Assembly: GCA_023898645.1 (NCBI GenBank)
Contig: CP060232.1
Location: forward strand, 840,001 to 872,000
Direction: 5' to 3'
DNA from: Candidatus Saccharimonadota bacterium
GTDB lineage: Bacteria > Patescibacteriota > Saccharimonadia > Saccharimonadales > Saccharimonadaceae
Length of the DNA stretch: 32,000 nt
Part shown: piece after piece, positions 7,747 to 14,465 of the stretch
Layout of the letters: each line of letters starts with the position of its first letter
Position numbering within the stretch: the first letter of the stretch is position 1
Program-made: the position numbers and the translations under genes
Notes under the pieces: model-generated
Told to the model about the DNA's origin: nothing
Database searches by the model: none
Seen by the model: the letters and a program-made list of their open reading frames with translations, nothing else

Positions 7747-8874
7747 ATGTCCCGCTGGTTCGTCTGTTTCTTCGCGACACTCGTCGCGATGCTCGGGCTG
7801 GCGGAACCAACGTCAGCAACTTCGTGGTCGCCACCGATGCCGCAAACACTAGTTATCGCACCGCTTTTGACACGAATTACAGGGGCCGACCTGAAAACCA
7901 CATCCCAATTCGGTGGTGATTCGACGGATCTGATGATCCCGTTCACCCTTGAAAACGGCAGTGTTGGATTCTTGGGCGGCGATACATTCGATACGGCAAC
8001 ACCCGGAGTAGGAAATTGGCGTTCACCAATTCTACTGCGTTCCAACCAAACACCGGTGCCTGGTCAGCCGCTTGTCTTTGACAGTGCAGCAGGTATCAAT
8101 GGCACCGGTCTGGCGCCGGAAATCATGCAGAATGCACACCAGAACGGTACTGAATACACCGTCATTCCAACCGACGGTATCAGCTTCCCGGAAACGGGCA
8201 ACGAAATCGTATCGTACATGTCAGTTCATGCGTGGTGGCCGACGGACGACCAGGCGTGGTCGAATAACTATTCAGGCCTGGCATGGTCGCCAGACGGCAA
8301 CCATTTTTATCGGATCGGACCTACGTGGGCCAACGATACGGTAAATAACGACAGTCCCTTCCAAGTCATGAGCATGCAACGGAATGGAAATTTCGTTTAC
8401 ATCATATCGGTGCGTGCAGGCCGTCAGCCGGCCACGGACGCCCCCATGATGCTGCAGCGAGTGCCGTGGAACAGCATGCTCGACAAGTCGACGTATCAAT
8501 GTTGGGCGGGTACCAACGTATTTGACGATTCGTGGTCATCGGATTACTCGGCCTGCAAGCCGATTTTAACCGGTAGCTTCGGAGAGCCATCGCTACGATT
8601 ATTGAGCGATGGGAAAACCTGGGCCATGTCCTACCTGGACACCAGTAGTCCCGACGCACCGTCGATCGTTACGCGAGGTGCTCCCTCTCCGGCCGGACCA
8701 TGGAGCGTACCGAAAGTACAGCTGACCTGGGACCAAAACCCATTTCTGTACGGGGGATTCATCTATCCGCGTTCGACTCCGAAGAACTTACTGCTGATGG
8801 TCTCTACATGGGTACCGCCAGACTGTGGACTCGAACCACGCTATGACGTATCTGTGCTTAGGGGAGCATTGTAG
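7747..8874 (+). CDS. Secreted DUF4185-like (GH183-like) protein, paralog 2
   Basis: Signal peptide MSRWFVCFFATLVAMLGLAEPTSA/TS. By eye it is about half identical to paralog 1 over the C-terminal 200 aa (SGLAWSPDGNHF, FGEPSLR.LSDG, KVQLTW.Q.PFLYGGFI.P.ST..NL.LMVS.W). It has its own promoter, a strong RBS and a terminator. Confidence 0.6.
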   Translation: MSRWFVCFFATLVAMLGLAEPTSATSWSPPMPQTLVIAPLLTRITGADLKTTSQFGGDSTDLMIPFTLENGSVGFLGGDTFDTATPGVGNWRSPILLRSNQTPVPGQPLVFDSAAGINGTGLAPEIMQNAHQNGTEYTVIPTDGISFPETGNEIVSYMSVHAWWPTDDQAWSNNYSGLAWSPDGNHFYRIGPTWANDTVNNDSPFQVMSMQRNGNFVYIISVRAGRQPATDAPMMLQRVPWNSMLDKSTYQCWAGTNVFDDSWSSDYSACKPILTGSFGEPSLRLLSDGKTWAMSYLDTSSPDAPSIVTRGAPSPAGPWSVPKVQLTWDQNPFLYGGFIYPRSTPKNLLLMVSTWVPPDCGLEPRYDVSVLRGAL

Positions 8875-8899
8875 ACATGTAAGTAATCACTCCAACAAA

Positions 8900-8938
8900 C
8901 CCCGAATGACGGTATCACAACCGTCATTCGGGGTTTTT
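8900..8938 (+). terminator. Rho-independent terminator
   Basis: CCCCGAATGACGG (8900-8912), loop TATCACAA, CCGTCATTCGGGG (8921-8933), then TTTTT. Confidence 0.85.
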
Positions 8939-8974
8939 CATATTTGGGCATATTTATAATAAAAAACTCATCTA

Positions 8975-9003
8975 TTGTCAATAGTTATTACCTCTGTTAT
9001 AAT
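8975..9003 (+). promoter_or_regulatory. Sigma70-type promoter for der (TTGTCA, 17 nt, TATAAT), implying a very short leader
   Basis: TTGTCA at 8975-8980, inside the palindrome CTATTGTCAATAG. TATAAT at 8998-9003. The predicted TSS is only about 3-5 nt before the ATG at 9014. Confidence 0.5.
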
Positions 9004-9013
9004 GGTGGCAGTT

Positions 9014-10405
9014 ATGGCTACAAAATTACCAACTGTTGCAATCATCGGTCAAGCGAACGTCGGAAAGAGTTCGCTGTTTAATCGTATGGTGCGCGCACAG
9101 CAGGCAATCGTAGCCCGAGAAGCCGGCACTACCCGAGATAACGTACTAGGCAAGGTTGACTATCACGGGCATCAGTTCTGGCTAGTCGACACAGCCGGCC
9201 TCAAAGATCCCTCTGACGATTTCGAAGCCTCAATCCAGGAGCAAATCACCGAAGCTGCCGACACTGCAGACGTCATCGTTGTTGTCGTTGATAGCACACA
9301 GTACGTCAGCGACGACGATCGCTACATCGCTAAAAAGGCACTAAAAAGCAAAAAACCGGTCATACTCGTCACCAACAAAGCCGACCTCAAAGAAAGCCTC
9401 AAAGACGACGAGTTTAAGCGTCTCGGCATAAAAATGATTGTCCGCACCAGCGCCGAACACAACAGTGGCATCACTGATGTTCTCAATGAAGTCACTGCAC
9501 ACATTCCGGCGCGAACTGAAGAGCAGCCAGACGAAGTACTACGTATCGCACTCATCGGCCGACCAAACGTAGGCAAGTCATATCTGTTTAATACTCTTGC
9601 AGGCAAACAACAGGCCATAGTAGCCAACATCGCCGGCACTACTCGTGACGTGAATCGCGTGGCGCTTAGGTTCAAAGGTCGCGACATCGAACTGCTCGAC
9701 ACCGCTGGTATGCGTAAACCAGGCAAGCAAGAAGTAGGTATAGAAAAATTTAGCGTGTTGCGCACCCTACAAGCTATCGAACAAGCCGACATCTGCCTGT
9801 TGCTCATGGATGCAAATGAGCTAAACACGCAGCTCGACCAGCGACTTGCTGGTATCATCGACGAAGCAGGAAAGGGCATGGTTATCGTCGTCAGCAAATG
9901 GGATAGCGTCGAAGACAAAGACGCCTTCACGCGTGACGCCATCGCTCCCAAAATCGCCCGCTCATTCAAATTTACTCCATGGGCACCGCTTATCTTTACA
10001 TCGAGCGTCACCGGGCAGAACGTAACAAAATTATTCGAACTTGCACTCGACATCGAGGCTCGACGCAATCAAGAAACCAAGACCCGAGTCTTGAACGATT
10101 TATTGCAAACTGCAATTCAAAAACACCCGCCAGCCGGGCTCAAAAACACGCACCCTAAGCTGCGCTATATCGTGCAAACCGATACAAACCCACCTTGGTT
10201 TGTCATCCACGGTAGCAATCTAAAGTTTGTCCACTGGTCTTACAAGCGTTATTTTGAACGCCTACTACGTGAGACCTACGACTACTCAGGTACGCCAATC
10301 AAGTTTAGTTTCATTGACGAAAAACAAGTCAAAAGCAACAAAGAACGAATCGCTCAGGGCAAAGATCCTGTCACCAAAAAATACAAACAAGAAAAGAATA
10401 GTTAA
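9014..10405 (+). CDS. der: Ribosome-associated GTPase Der/EngA (two G domains plus a KH-like domain)
   Basis: G domain 1: GQANVGKSS, DTAG, NKAD. G domain 2: GRPNVGKSY, DTAG, SKWD. C-terminus: KLRYIVQTDTNPPWFVIHGS. The start MATKLPTVAIIG fits Der N-termini. The upstream extension to 8975 in the ORF track overlaps the promoter. Confidence 0.95.
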   Translation: MATKLPTVAIIGQANVGKSSLFNRMVRAQQAIVAREAGTTRDNVLGKVDYHGHQFWLVDTAGLKDPSDDFEASIQEQITEAADTADVIVVVVDSTQYVSDDDRYIAKKALKSKKPVILVTNKADLKESLKDDEFKRLGIKMIVRTSAEHNSGITDVLNEVTAHIPARTEEQPDEVLRIALIGRPNVGKSYLFNTLAGKQQAIVANIAGTTRDVNRVALRFKGRDIELLDTAGMRKPGKQEVGIEKFSVLRTLQAIEQADICLLLMDANELNTQLDQRLAGIIDEAGKGMVIVVSKWDSVEDKDAFTRDAIAPKIARSFKFTPWAPLIFTSSVTGQNVTKLFELALDIEARRNQETKTRVLNDLLQTAIQKHPPAGLKNTHPKLRYIVQTDTNPPWFVIHGSNLKFVHWSYKRYFERLLRETYDYSGTPIKFSFIDEKQVKSNKERIAQGKDPVTKKYKQEKNS

Positions 10406-10408
10406 TCC

Positions 10409-10609
10409 TTATTCAACGCGCGTCTGATCACTGATTGCGCGACGTTTCTGTGTGGCGCGAGGTAAGCGGCGCGGATCAGTCTGGTGAACGCCAGCTCCAG
10501 ACGTCTTGCGCGTCCATAGCTGCTCGCGCGACATCTTAAACAACGTTGCTAATTTTTGATTAGCTTGGCCCTTACGATGAGATCTTTTTGATTTCTTTTT
10601 GTTTGTCAT
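10409..10609 (-). CDS. Small, highly basic hypothetical protein (66 aa)
   Basis: MTNKKKSKRSHRKGQANQKLATLFKMSREQLWTRKTSGAGVHQTDPRRLPRATQKRRAISDQTRVE. It fills the der/pth intergenic gap exactly, is divergent from pth, and has AGAGG upstream. No family recognised. Confidence 0.45.
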   Translation of the reverse strand: MTNKKKSKRSHRKGQANQKLATLFKMSREQLWTRKTSGAGVHQTDPRRLPRATQKRRAISDQTRVE

Positions 10610-10694
10610 AGTATTTATATACCTCTAACTCTAGAGTACCACAAGAGAAATGCTCAATTACAAGCACAAAACCGTGTTCGGGTATACTAGTACT

Positions 10695-11255
10695 ATGAAA
10701 CTTGTTTTCGCCCAAGGTAATCCCGGTCGTGAATACGCTCGTACCCGTCACAACGTCGGGTTTATGTCGCTTGATTTTTATGCCGACAAACACCGCCTAG
10801 AATTCCAACCTAAATCAAAATTCACCGCCGACATAGCAGAGGTGATGATGAGCGGCGAAAAAGTCCTACTCGTCAAGCCGACGACATTTTATAACGAAAC
10901 AGGTAGAGCGGCGCGTACGCTAGCAGATTTTTACAAAGTCGCACCAGAAGACATCCTTGTACTCCACGACGAGTTAGCGCTACCTTTTGGTACGCTTCGT
11001 ACGCGCGAAAAGGGCAGCGACGCTGGCAACAACGGCATCAAATCTCTCAACGCGCACCTCGGCGAAAACTACGCTCGCATTCGTATCGGAACGCAAAACG
11101 ATTTACTCGAAAAAATAGGCAGTCATGACTTCGTCTTATCAAACTTTAGCGCCGACGAAAACGAAAAACTTCAAAGTGACATCTTCCCAAAAATCGCTGA
11201 TTTAATTAATGATTTTATAGCCGACAAGCACGCCAGCTCCAGTCACTCGCTCTAA
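10695..11255 (+). CDS. pth: Peptidyl-tRNA hydrolase
   Basis: MKLVFAQGNPGREYARTRHNVGFM, VLHDELALPFG and GNNGIKS are Pth motifs. The ATG at 10695 is preferred over 10650. Confidence 0.92.
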   Translation: MKLVFAQGNPGREYARTRHNVGFMSLDFYADKHRLEFQPKSKFTADIAEVMMSGEKVLLVKPTTFYNETGRAARTLADFYKVAPEDILVLHDELALPFGTLRTREKGSDAGNNGIKSLNAHLGENYARIRIGTQNDLLEKIGSHDFVLSNFSADENEKLQSDIFPKIADLINDFIADKHASSSHSL

Positions 11256-12295
11256 CGAACTTTGGCTTGGCGCTTTTCGAGTATGCTCGTAACGACAGCA
11301 GTTACGATAAATATTAATCCCAACGATCCTGTCAACCAATCAGGCGGTTCAACATAGTACAATTTTGCCAGCATCACCATGCCGAGTGCCAGTATTGCCC
11401 AGTGCGCGCCATGTTCCAAGTAGCGATATTTCGCAAGCGTACCCCTTCGTACCATATATACAGTGAGAGATCGCACCCATAACGCGCCAGCTCCCAGACC
11501 CGCCATAATAAGAAACACGCTGCTTGTAATGGCAAACGCACCAACGACGCCATCGAAACTAAACGACGCATCTAGAACTTGTAAATACATAAATGTCATA
11601 AAAGCTGCCATGCCTGTATATTGCTTTGTCTTCACAGCATGATTATTATGGCCGTTAAATAGCACTGAGAGGCTCTCTAGCCCGACATGCAGTGCAATAC
11701 CGAGCAGACTGGCGGCAACCACAGCATCGCGCAGCTCCGGCGCTACAGTCAAGTAGAGCACTAGCGCGACAATCAACATTACGATTAATTTGAGAAACCG
11801 CACGCGCCCAGCACGTGACAACCACCGTTCTACGGCGGGCAACCAATGCACATCTTTTTCTCGATCCACAAAGTAGGCAAGACCAATCATCAGCAAGAAC
11901 GTACCGCCGAACGCATCGATAAGAGGCGCGGCCTCATGTAACTTATGACCGTATTCAACAGGATGATTTAGTGCCAGATCAACAACTTCACCGCCCCCAA
12001 GTCCCGCGCTCGACATAACGATAAGTACCGGCAGCAAAAACCGCACTACAAACACCGCTATGAATATACCGACCGTCAAAAATAGACTTTGCCACATCGG
12101 ACTAAGTTTCATAAGTATTTTGCTATTCACAACAGCATTGTCAAAACTGAACGTGATTTCAAGCAACACAAGTATGACATACAGCCAAAGCCCATCTAGT
12201 CCGCCATAAAGCGCCACCACGCCGCCCAAAAGAATAGTGAGAAGTCCAGAAACGGCAAATATCCGAAGCGGGTGATACTTATGCATAGGCATCAT
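11252..12295 (-). CDS. DUF475 / TerC-like family integral membrane protein
   Basis: About 9 TM segments. Duplicated motif LEITFSFDNAVVNSKIL ... LDASFSFDGVVGAFAIT, as I recall for DUF475 (LysE/TerC clan). The stop overlaps the pth stop (convergent). The true start may be the third ATG (12286); see findings. Confidence 0.7.
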   Translation of the reverse strand: MMPMHKYHPLRIFAVSGLLTILLGGVVALYGGLDGLWLYVILVLLEITFSFDNAVVNSKILMKLSPMWQSLFLTVGIFIAVFVVRFLLPVLIVMSSAGLGGGEVVDLALNHPVEYGHKLHEAAPLIDAFGGTFLLMIGLAYFVDREKDVHWLPAVERWLSRAGRVRFLKLIVMLIVALVLYLTVAPELRDAVVAASLLGIALHVGLESLSVLFNGHNNHAVKTKQYTGMAAFMTFMYLQVLDASFSFDGVVGAFAITSSVFLIMAGLGAGALWVRSLTVYMVRRGTLAKYRYLEHGAHWAILALGMVMLAKLYYVEPPDWLTGSLGLIFIVTAVVTSILEKRQAKVR

Positions 12296-12302
12296 TATAG
12301 CA
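12294..12302 (-). promoter_or_regulatory. Extended -10 promoter TGCTATAAT overlapping the first ATGs of the DUF475 gene
   Basis: Minus strand: TTTTTAATTGCTATAATGATGCCTATGCATAAG. TGnTATAAT spans 12302-12294. There is no SD, and the ATG at 12286 lies 7 nt after the hexamer. Confidence 0.4.
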
Positions 12303-12304
12303 AT

Positions 12305-12341
12305 TAAAAACCCGGACTTTTCTAAAAGAAGTAGTCCGGGC
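12305..12341 (-). terminator. Rho-independent terminator after the 91-aa membrane ORF
   Basis: Minus strand: CCCGGACU (12340-12333), a 14-nt loop, AGUCCGGG (12318-12311), then UUUUU (12310-12306). Confidence 0.75.
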
Positions 12342-12423
12342 TGAAAGACATAGGAGAAATAGCTCTAATGCCTTTCGATTAAAGCTATCGTCGCTGATAG
12401 CCGTTAATCAGATAGGGGGGTCG

Positions 12424-12699
12424 TTAGACGTTTGTATCTTCAAACTCTCGTTGACAGGACGCCTGTTTACGGCAACGGTTCGCTTCGCAGATATGACCCG
12501 CGAACCAGACCGAAATGGCAAGAACGATCGCAAACTTCCAGGCAATATCACCGTGCACTGGAATACCCCATGGGTCACGATAAAACACAAGGCTGACGGC
12601 AGCCACAAAGACAAGCGCCAGCGAAGCAAGATAGAAATGAGTCAGCGCCAAATAGTCATACTGATTCAGCTCCCGATCCTGCGGTGCATGATTACCCAT
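12424..12699 (-). CDS. Small two-TM membrane protein (91 aa) with a C-terminal CxxxxCxxxxxxC motif
   Basis: MGNHAPQDRELNQYDYLALTHFYLASLALVFVAAVSLVFYRDPWGIPVHGDIAWKFAIVLAISVWFAGHICEANRCRKQASCQREFEDTNV. The RBS GACAGAGGAGAAAA precedes the ATG at 12699. It has its own promoter (12787-12815) and terminator (12305-12341). An in-frame GTG at 12723 is possible. Confidence 0.6.
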   Translation of the reverse strand: MGNHAPQDRELNQYDYLALTHFYLASLALVFVAAVSLVFYRDPWGIPVHGDIAWKFAIVLAISVWFAGHICEANRCRKQASCQREFEDTNV

Positions 12700-12786
12700 T
12701 TTTCTCCTCTGTCCATGAACCACAACGGTTGTGGTTCGAACTAAAAAGATTTGCTTGGGACAACATTGTCGCCAAACCGTTAACTA

Positions 12787-12815
12787 TTTATACTACTTTG
12801 AGTATTATATGTCAA
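12787..12815 (-). promoter_or_regulatory. Sigma70-type promoter (TTGACA, 17 nt, TATAAA) for the 91-aa ORF
   Basis: Minus strand: TTGACA at 12815-12810 and TATAAA at 12792-12787. The 5'UTR contains the hairpin AACCACAA/TTGTGGTT (12718-12736). Confidence 0.6.
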
Positions 12816-12959
12816 TACCTCCCGCAACTACCGCCATGAATTGTTTCATAGCGAAAGTTGAGGGAGACAGAGGAGAAATGAGTCCGCTGCTCCCAATCCA
12901 ACTCATCAGAGATGGTCAGATTTAGATTTGCATCCCGCGTAGAAGCGAGTTATCGCGAT

Positions 12960-13103
12960 TTACAATACGCCGCGAAAATTTTTGCTGTGGCTGTCGTCCC
13001 ACACGGGCTCACTCGACTCGTTCTGGTAGCCGAGCACGTAGTGAACGACCAGACCGGGCACGGCGAGCAAAATCGCAACGCCAAACAGTGCAAGCAGGAA
13101 CAT
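12960..13103 (-). CDS. Candidate small hydrophobic protein (47 aa); below the ORF-track length cutoff
   Basis: Hand translation: MFLLALFGVAILLAVPGLVVHYVLGYQNESSEPVWDDSHSKNFRGVL*. The RBS GACAGAGGAGAATT precedes the ATG at 13103. Its own promoter lies at 13161-13189. It has one N-terminal TM helix. Confidence 0.4.
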   Translation of the reverse strand: MFLLALFGVAILLAVPGLVVHYVLGYQNESSEPVWDDSHSKNFRGVL

Positions 13104-13160
13104 AATTCTCCTCTGTCGAATTGTAAGGAACGTAGTGCATAGTTACATACACTACTTATA

Positions 13161-13189
13161 TTTATAACATATTTTATTATGTTAATCAA
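13161..13189 (-). promoter_or_regulatory. Sigma70-type promoter (TTGATT, 17 nt, TATAAA) for the 47-aa ORF
   Basis: Minus strand: TTGATT at 13189-13184 and TATAAA at 13166-13161, in an AT-rich spacer downstream of the RNA terminator. Confidence 0.5.
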
Positions 13190-13221
13190 GTATTTATAAG
13201 ACGCACCTCAGATTCATATCC

Positions 13222-13511
13222 TTAAAAACCAAAAGAGACCAGGTAAGGGTGGGCATCACCTGGCCTCATTTGGCCCTTCAACCCACCCGAATGGGGGATA
13301 CACGAGTGAACGCATATCGAGGCGTGACCCACCTCACAACTTGGAGGTCCGCTGGTTAAAGGGGTTAGTATGCACGCAATGATTGTCAAGTTCCGAGGAA
13401 CTAATTCTGAAAAGTGGAGGGTAGTTACTTTAAAGAAACATTGCATGCAACCTAACATAAGTTAGAATAGGGGGTATAAGGTGCGATTGGATGACCCGAG
13501 GGCCATCAACC
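13222..13511 (-). ncRNA. Unclassified structured RNA of about 290 nt, with its own promoter and intrinsic terminator
   Basis: The region is locally GC-rich with no credible ORF.

Minus-strand helices:
- 13507-13490
- 13465-13452
- long-range pairing of 13449-13439 with 13381-13371, enclosing hairpins at 13431-13411 and 13402-13389
- 13348-13331
- 13318-13297
- 13275-13262
- terminator GGCCAGGU (13265-13258) / ACCUGGUC (13244-13237), followed by UCUUUUGGUUUUU

Four helices have G.U pairs on the minus strand that would be A.C on the plus strand. Confidence 0.65.
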
Positions 13512-13517
13512 ATGTTC

Positions 13518-13546
13518 ATATTAGCACGTATTTGACACAATGTCAA
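13518..13546 (-). promoter_or_regulatory. Near-consensus sigma70 promoter (TTGACA, 17 nt, TAATAT) driving the structured RNA
   Basis: Minus strand: TTGACA at 13546-13541 and TAATAT at 13523-13518. The predicted TSS is about 13511, 3-4 nt before the first hairpin. The -35 is one half of the palindrome TTGACAcaaTGTCAA (13532-13546), which overlaps the dprA ATG. Confidence 0.6.
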
Positions 13547-14424
13547 CACTTTCTGACACAATTCCCATGAAAATCAACCAAATATCACCCCAGTCTAATA
13601 ATTTCTTACAGATTATAGATTCCATTGTGCTTATGCCTAAAAAGTTGTATTATATTGGCACGTTGCCGGAGCATCGTGTACCGACAGTCGCAATCGTAGG
13701 CACGCGCAAACCAACTCCCTATGGAACGGAAGTCACCTCAAGGATTGCTGGCGACCTAGCAAAACGAGGCGTCGTGATTGTCAGCGGCATGGCGCTCGGT
13801 ATCGACGCAATCGCACACAGAGCCGCACTCGATGCTCACGGCATGACGATAGCAGTGCAAGCAAACGGGCTCAGCAAGCTAACGCCAGCCACAAATCGCC
13901 AACTTGGTGAAGATATAGTGTCTCATGGCGGGGCAATCATTAGCGAATACGAGCCAACCATTCCGGCTCGCGATTTTCAGTTCTTGGCGCGCAATCGAAT
14001 TGTCAGTGGTCTGTCCGACGCCGTACTGATTACCGAAGCATCCGCTCGCAGCGGCACGCTTAACACTGCACGACACGCACTCGAGCAAGGCAAGGAAGTC
14101 TTTGTCATACCCGGCAACATAACCAGCCCGCAGTCTGCCGGCTGCAACAGCCTGCTCAAACAAGGAGCAACACCAGTGACATGCGCAGAAGACATACTCG
14201 AAGTCATCGCTCCCGAGCTATTGAAACCTCAGACGCAATTAGCGCTCGGTGACAATCCTCTACAAACCAAAATCATCCAATTGTTACAATCAGGGACTCG
14301 CGATGGAGATGAGCTTCAGCGCCTTTCAGAAAGCGACGCTGGACAATTCGCAACAGAACTGACAATGATGGAACTAAGCAATACGATCCGCGCTCTCGGC
14401 GCCAACCAGTGGACCCTTCGCTAG
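13540..14424 (+). CDS. dprA: DNA processing protein DprA (Smf)
   Basis: VAIVGTRKPTPYGTEVT, VVIVSGMALGIDAIAHRAAL, RNRIVSGLSDAVLITEA..RSGTLNTARHALEQGKEVFVIPG. The start could be the ATG at 13567. Confidence 0.92.
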   Translation: MSTLSDTIPMKINQISPQSNNFLQIIDSIVLMPKKLYYIGTLPEHRVPTVAIVGTRKPTPYGTEVTSRIAGDLAKRGVVIVSGMALGIDAIAHRAALDAHGMTIAVQANGLSKLTPATNRQLGEDIVSHGGAIISEYEPTIPARDFQFLARNRIVSGLSDAVLITEASARSGTLNTARHALEQGKEVFVIPGNITSPQSAGCNSLLKQGATPVTCAEDILEVIAPELLKPQTQLALGDNPLQTKIIQLLQSGTRDGDELQRLSESDAGQFATELTMMELSNTIRALGANQWTLR

Positions 14425-14465
14425 CACTTGAGACGCGGTAGACAGCAAGCCCGAGATATGAAAAA

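Noticed and set aside
9322-10068. 248-aa minus-strand ORF antisense to der
   Set aside because: Ser/Arg/Ala-rich mirror frame of a well-supported GTPase gene. A typical antisense artefact.
12296-12423. Expected yybP-ykoY (Mn2+) riboswitch upstream of the TerC-like/DUF475 gene
   Set aside because: I looked for the GGGGAGUAG and UUGACAUA cores and found none. The region instead holds 3'-UTR hairpins and the terminator of the upstream small gene.
12733-12741. tRNA T-loop-like GGTTCGAAC
   Set aside because: Flanking bases cannot form a T-stem, acceptor arm or anticodon arm. It is part of the 12718-12736 hairpin in a 5'UTR.
12902-12909. Hammerhead-ribozyme core CUGAUGAG on the minus strand
   Set aside because: The stem II candidate is not followed by GAAA, and no stem I/III or cleavage triplet can be built. 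Chance occurrence.
12731-12925. 64-aa plus-strand ORF and the 97-aa plus-strand ORF at 12451-12744
   Set aside because: The first spans two divergent promoters and has no RBS at its start; only its last 15 codons follow an RBS (see the small-ORF finding). The second is antisense to the better-supported 91-aa membrane ORF.
13282-13290. T-box-like GGGUGG element preceding the terminator
   Set aside because: No recognisable Stem I specifier or AG-bulge features, no full T-box consensus, and no aminoacyl-tRNA-related gene downstream.
13222-13458. 78-aa ORF (minus strand) MLGCMQCFFKV... inside the structured-RNA region
   Set aside because: Cys/His-rich, improbable composition, no RBS. It spans a region whose base-pairing pattern explains the sequence better, so I treat it as non-coding.
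13240-13485. RNase P RNA-like strings on the plus strand (CAGGUAAGGGUG at 13240-13251; AAUAGGGGGUAUAAGGUGCG at 13466-13485)
   Set aside because: The order and spacing do not match bacterial RNase P. GAGGAAAGUCCGGGC and ACAGAAnCCGGCUUA are missing. Four wobble pairs support the opposite strand. Still worth excluding with cmscan.
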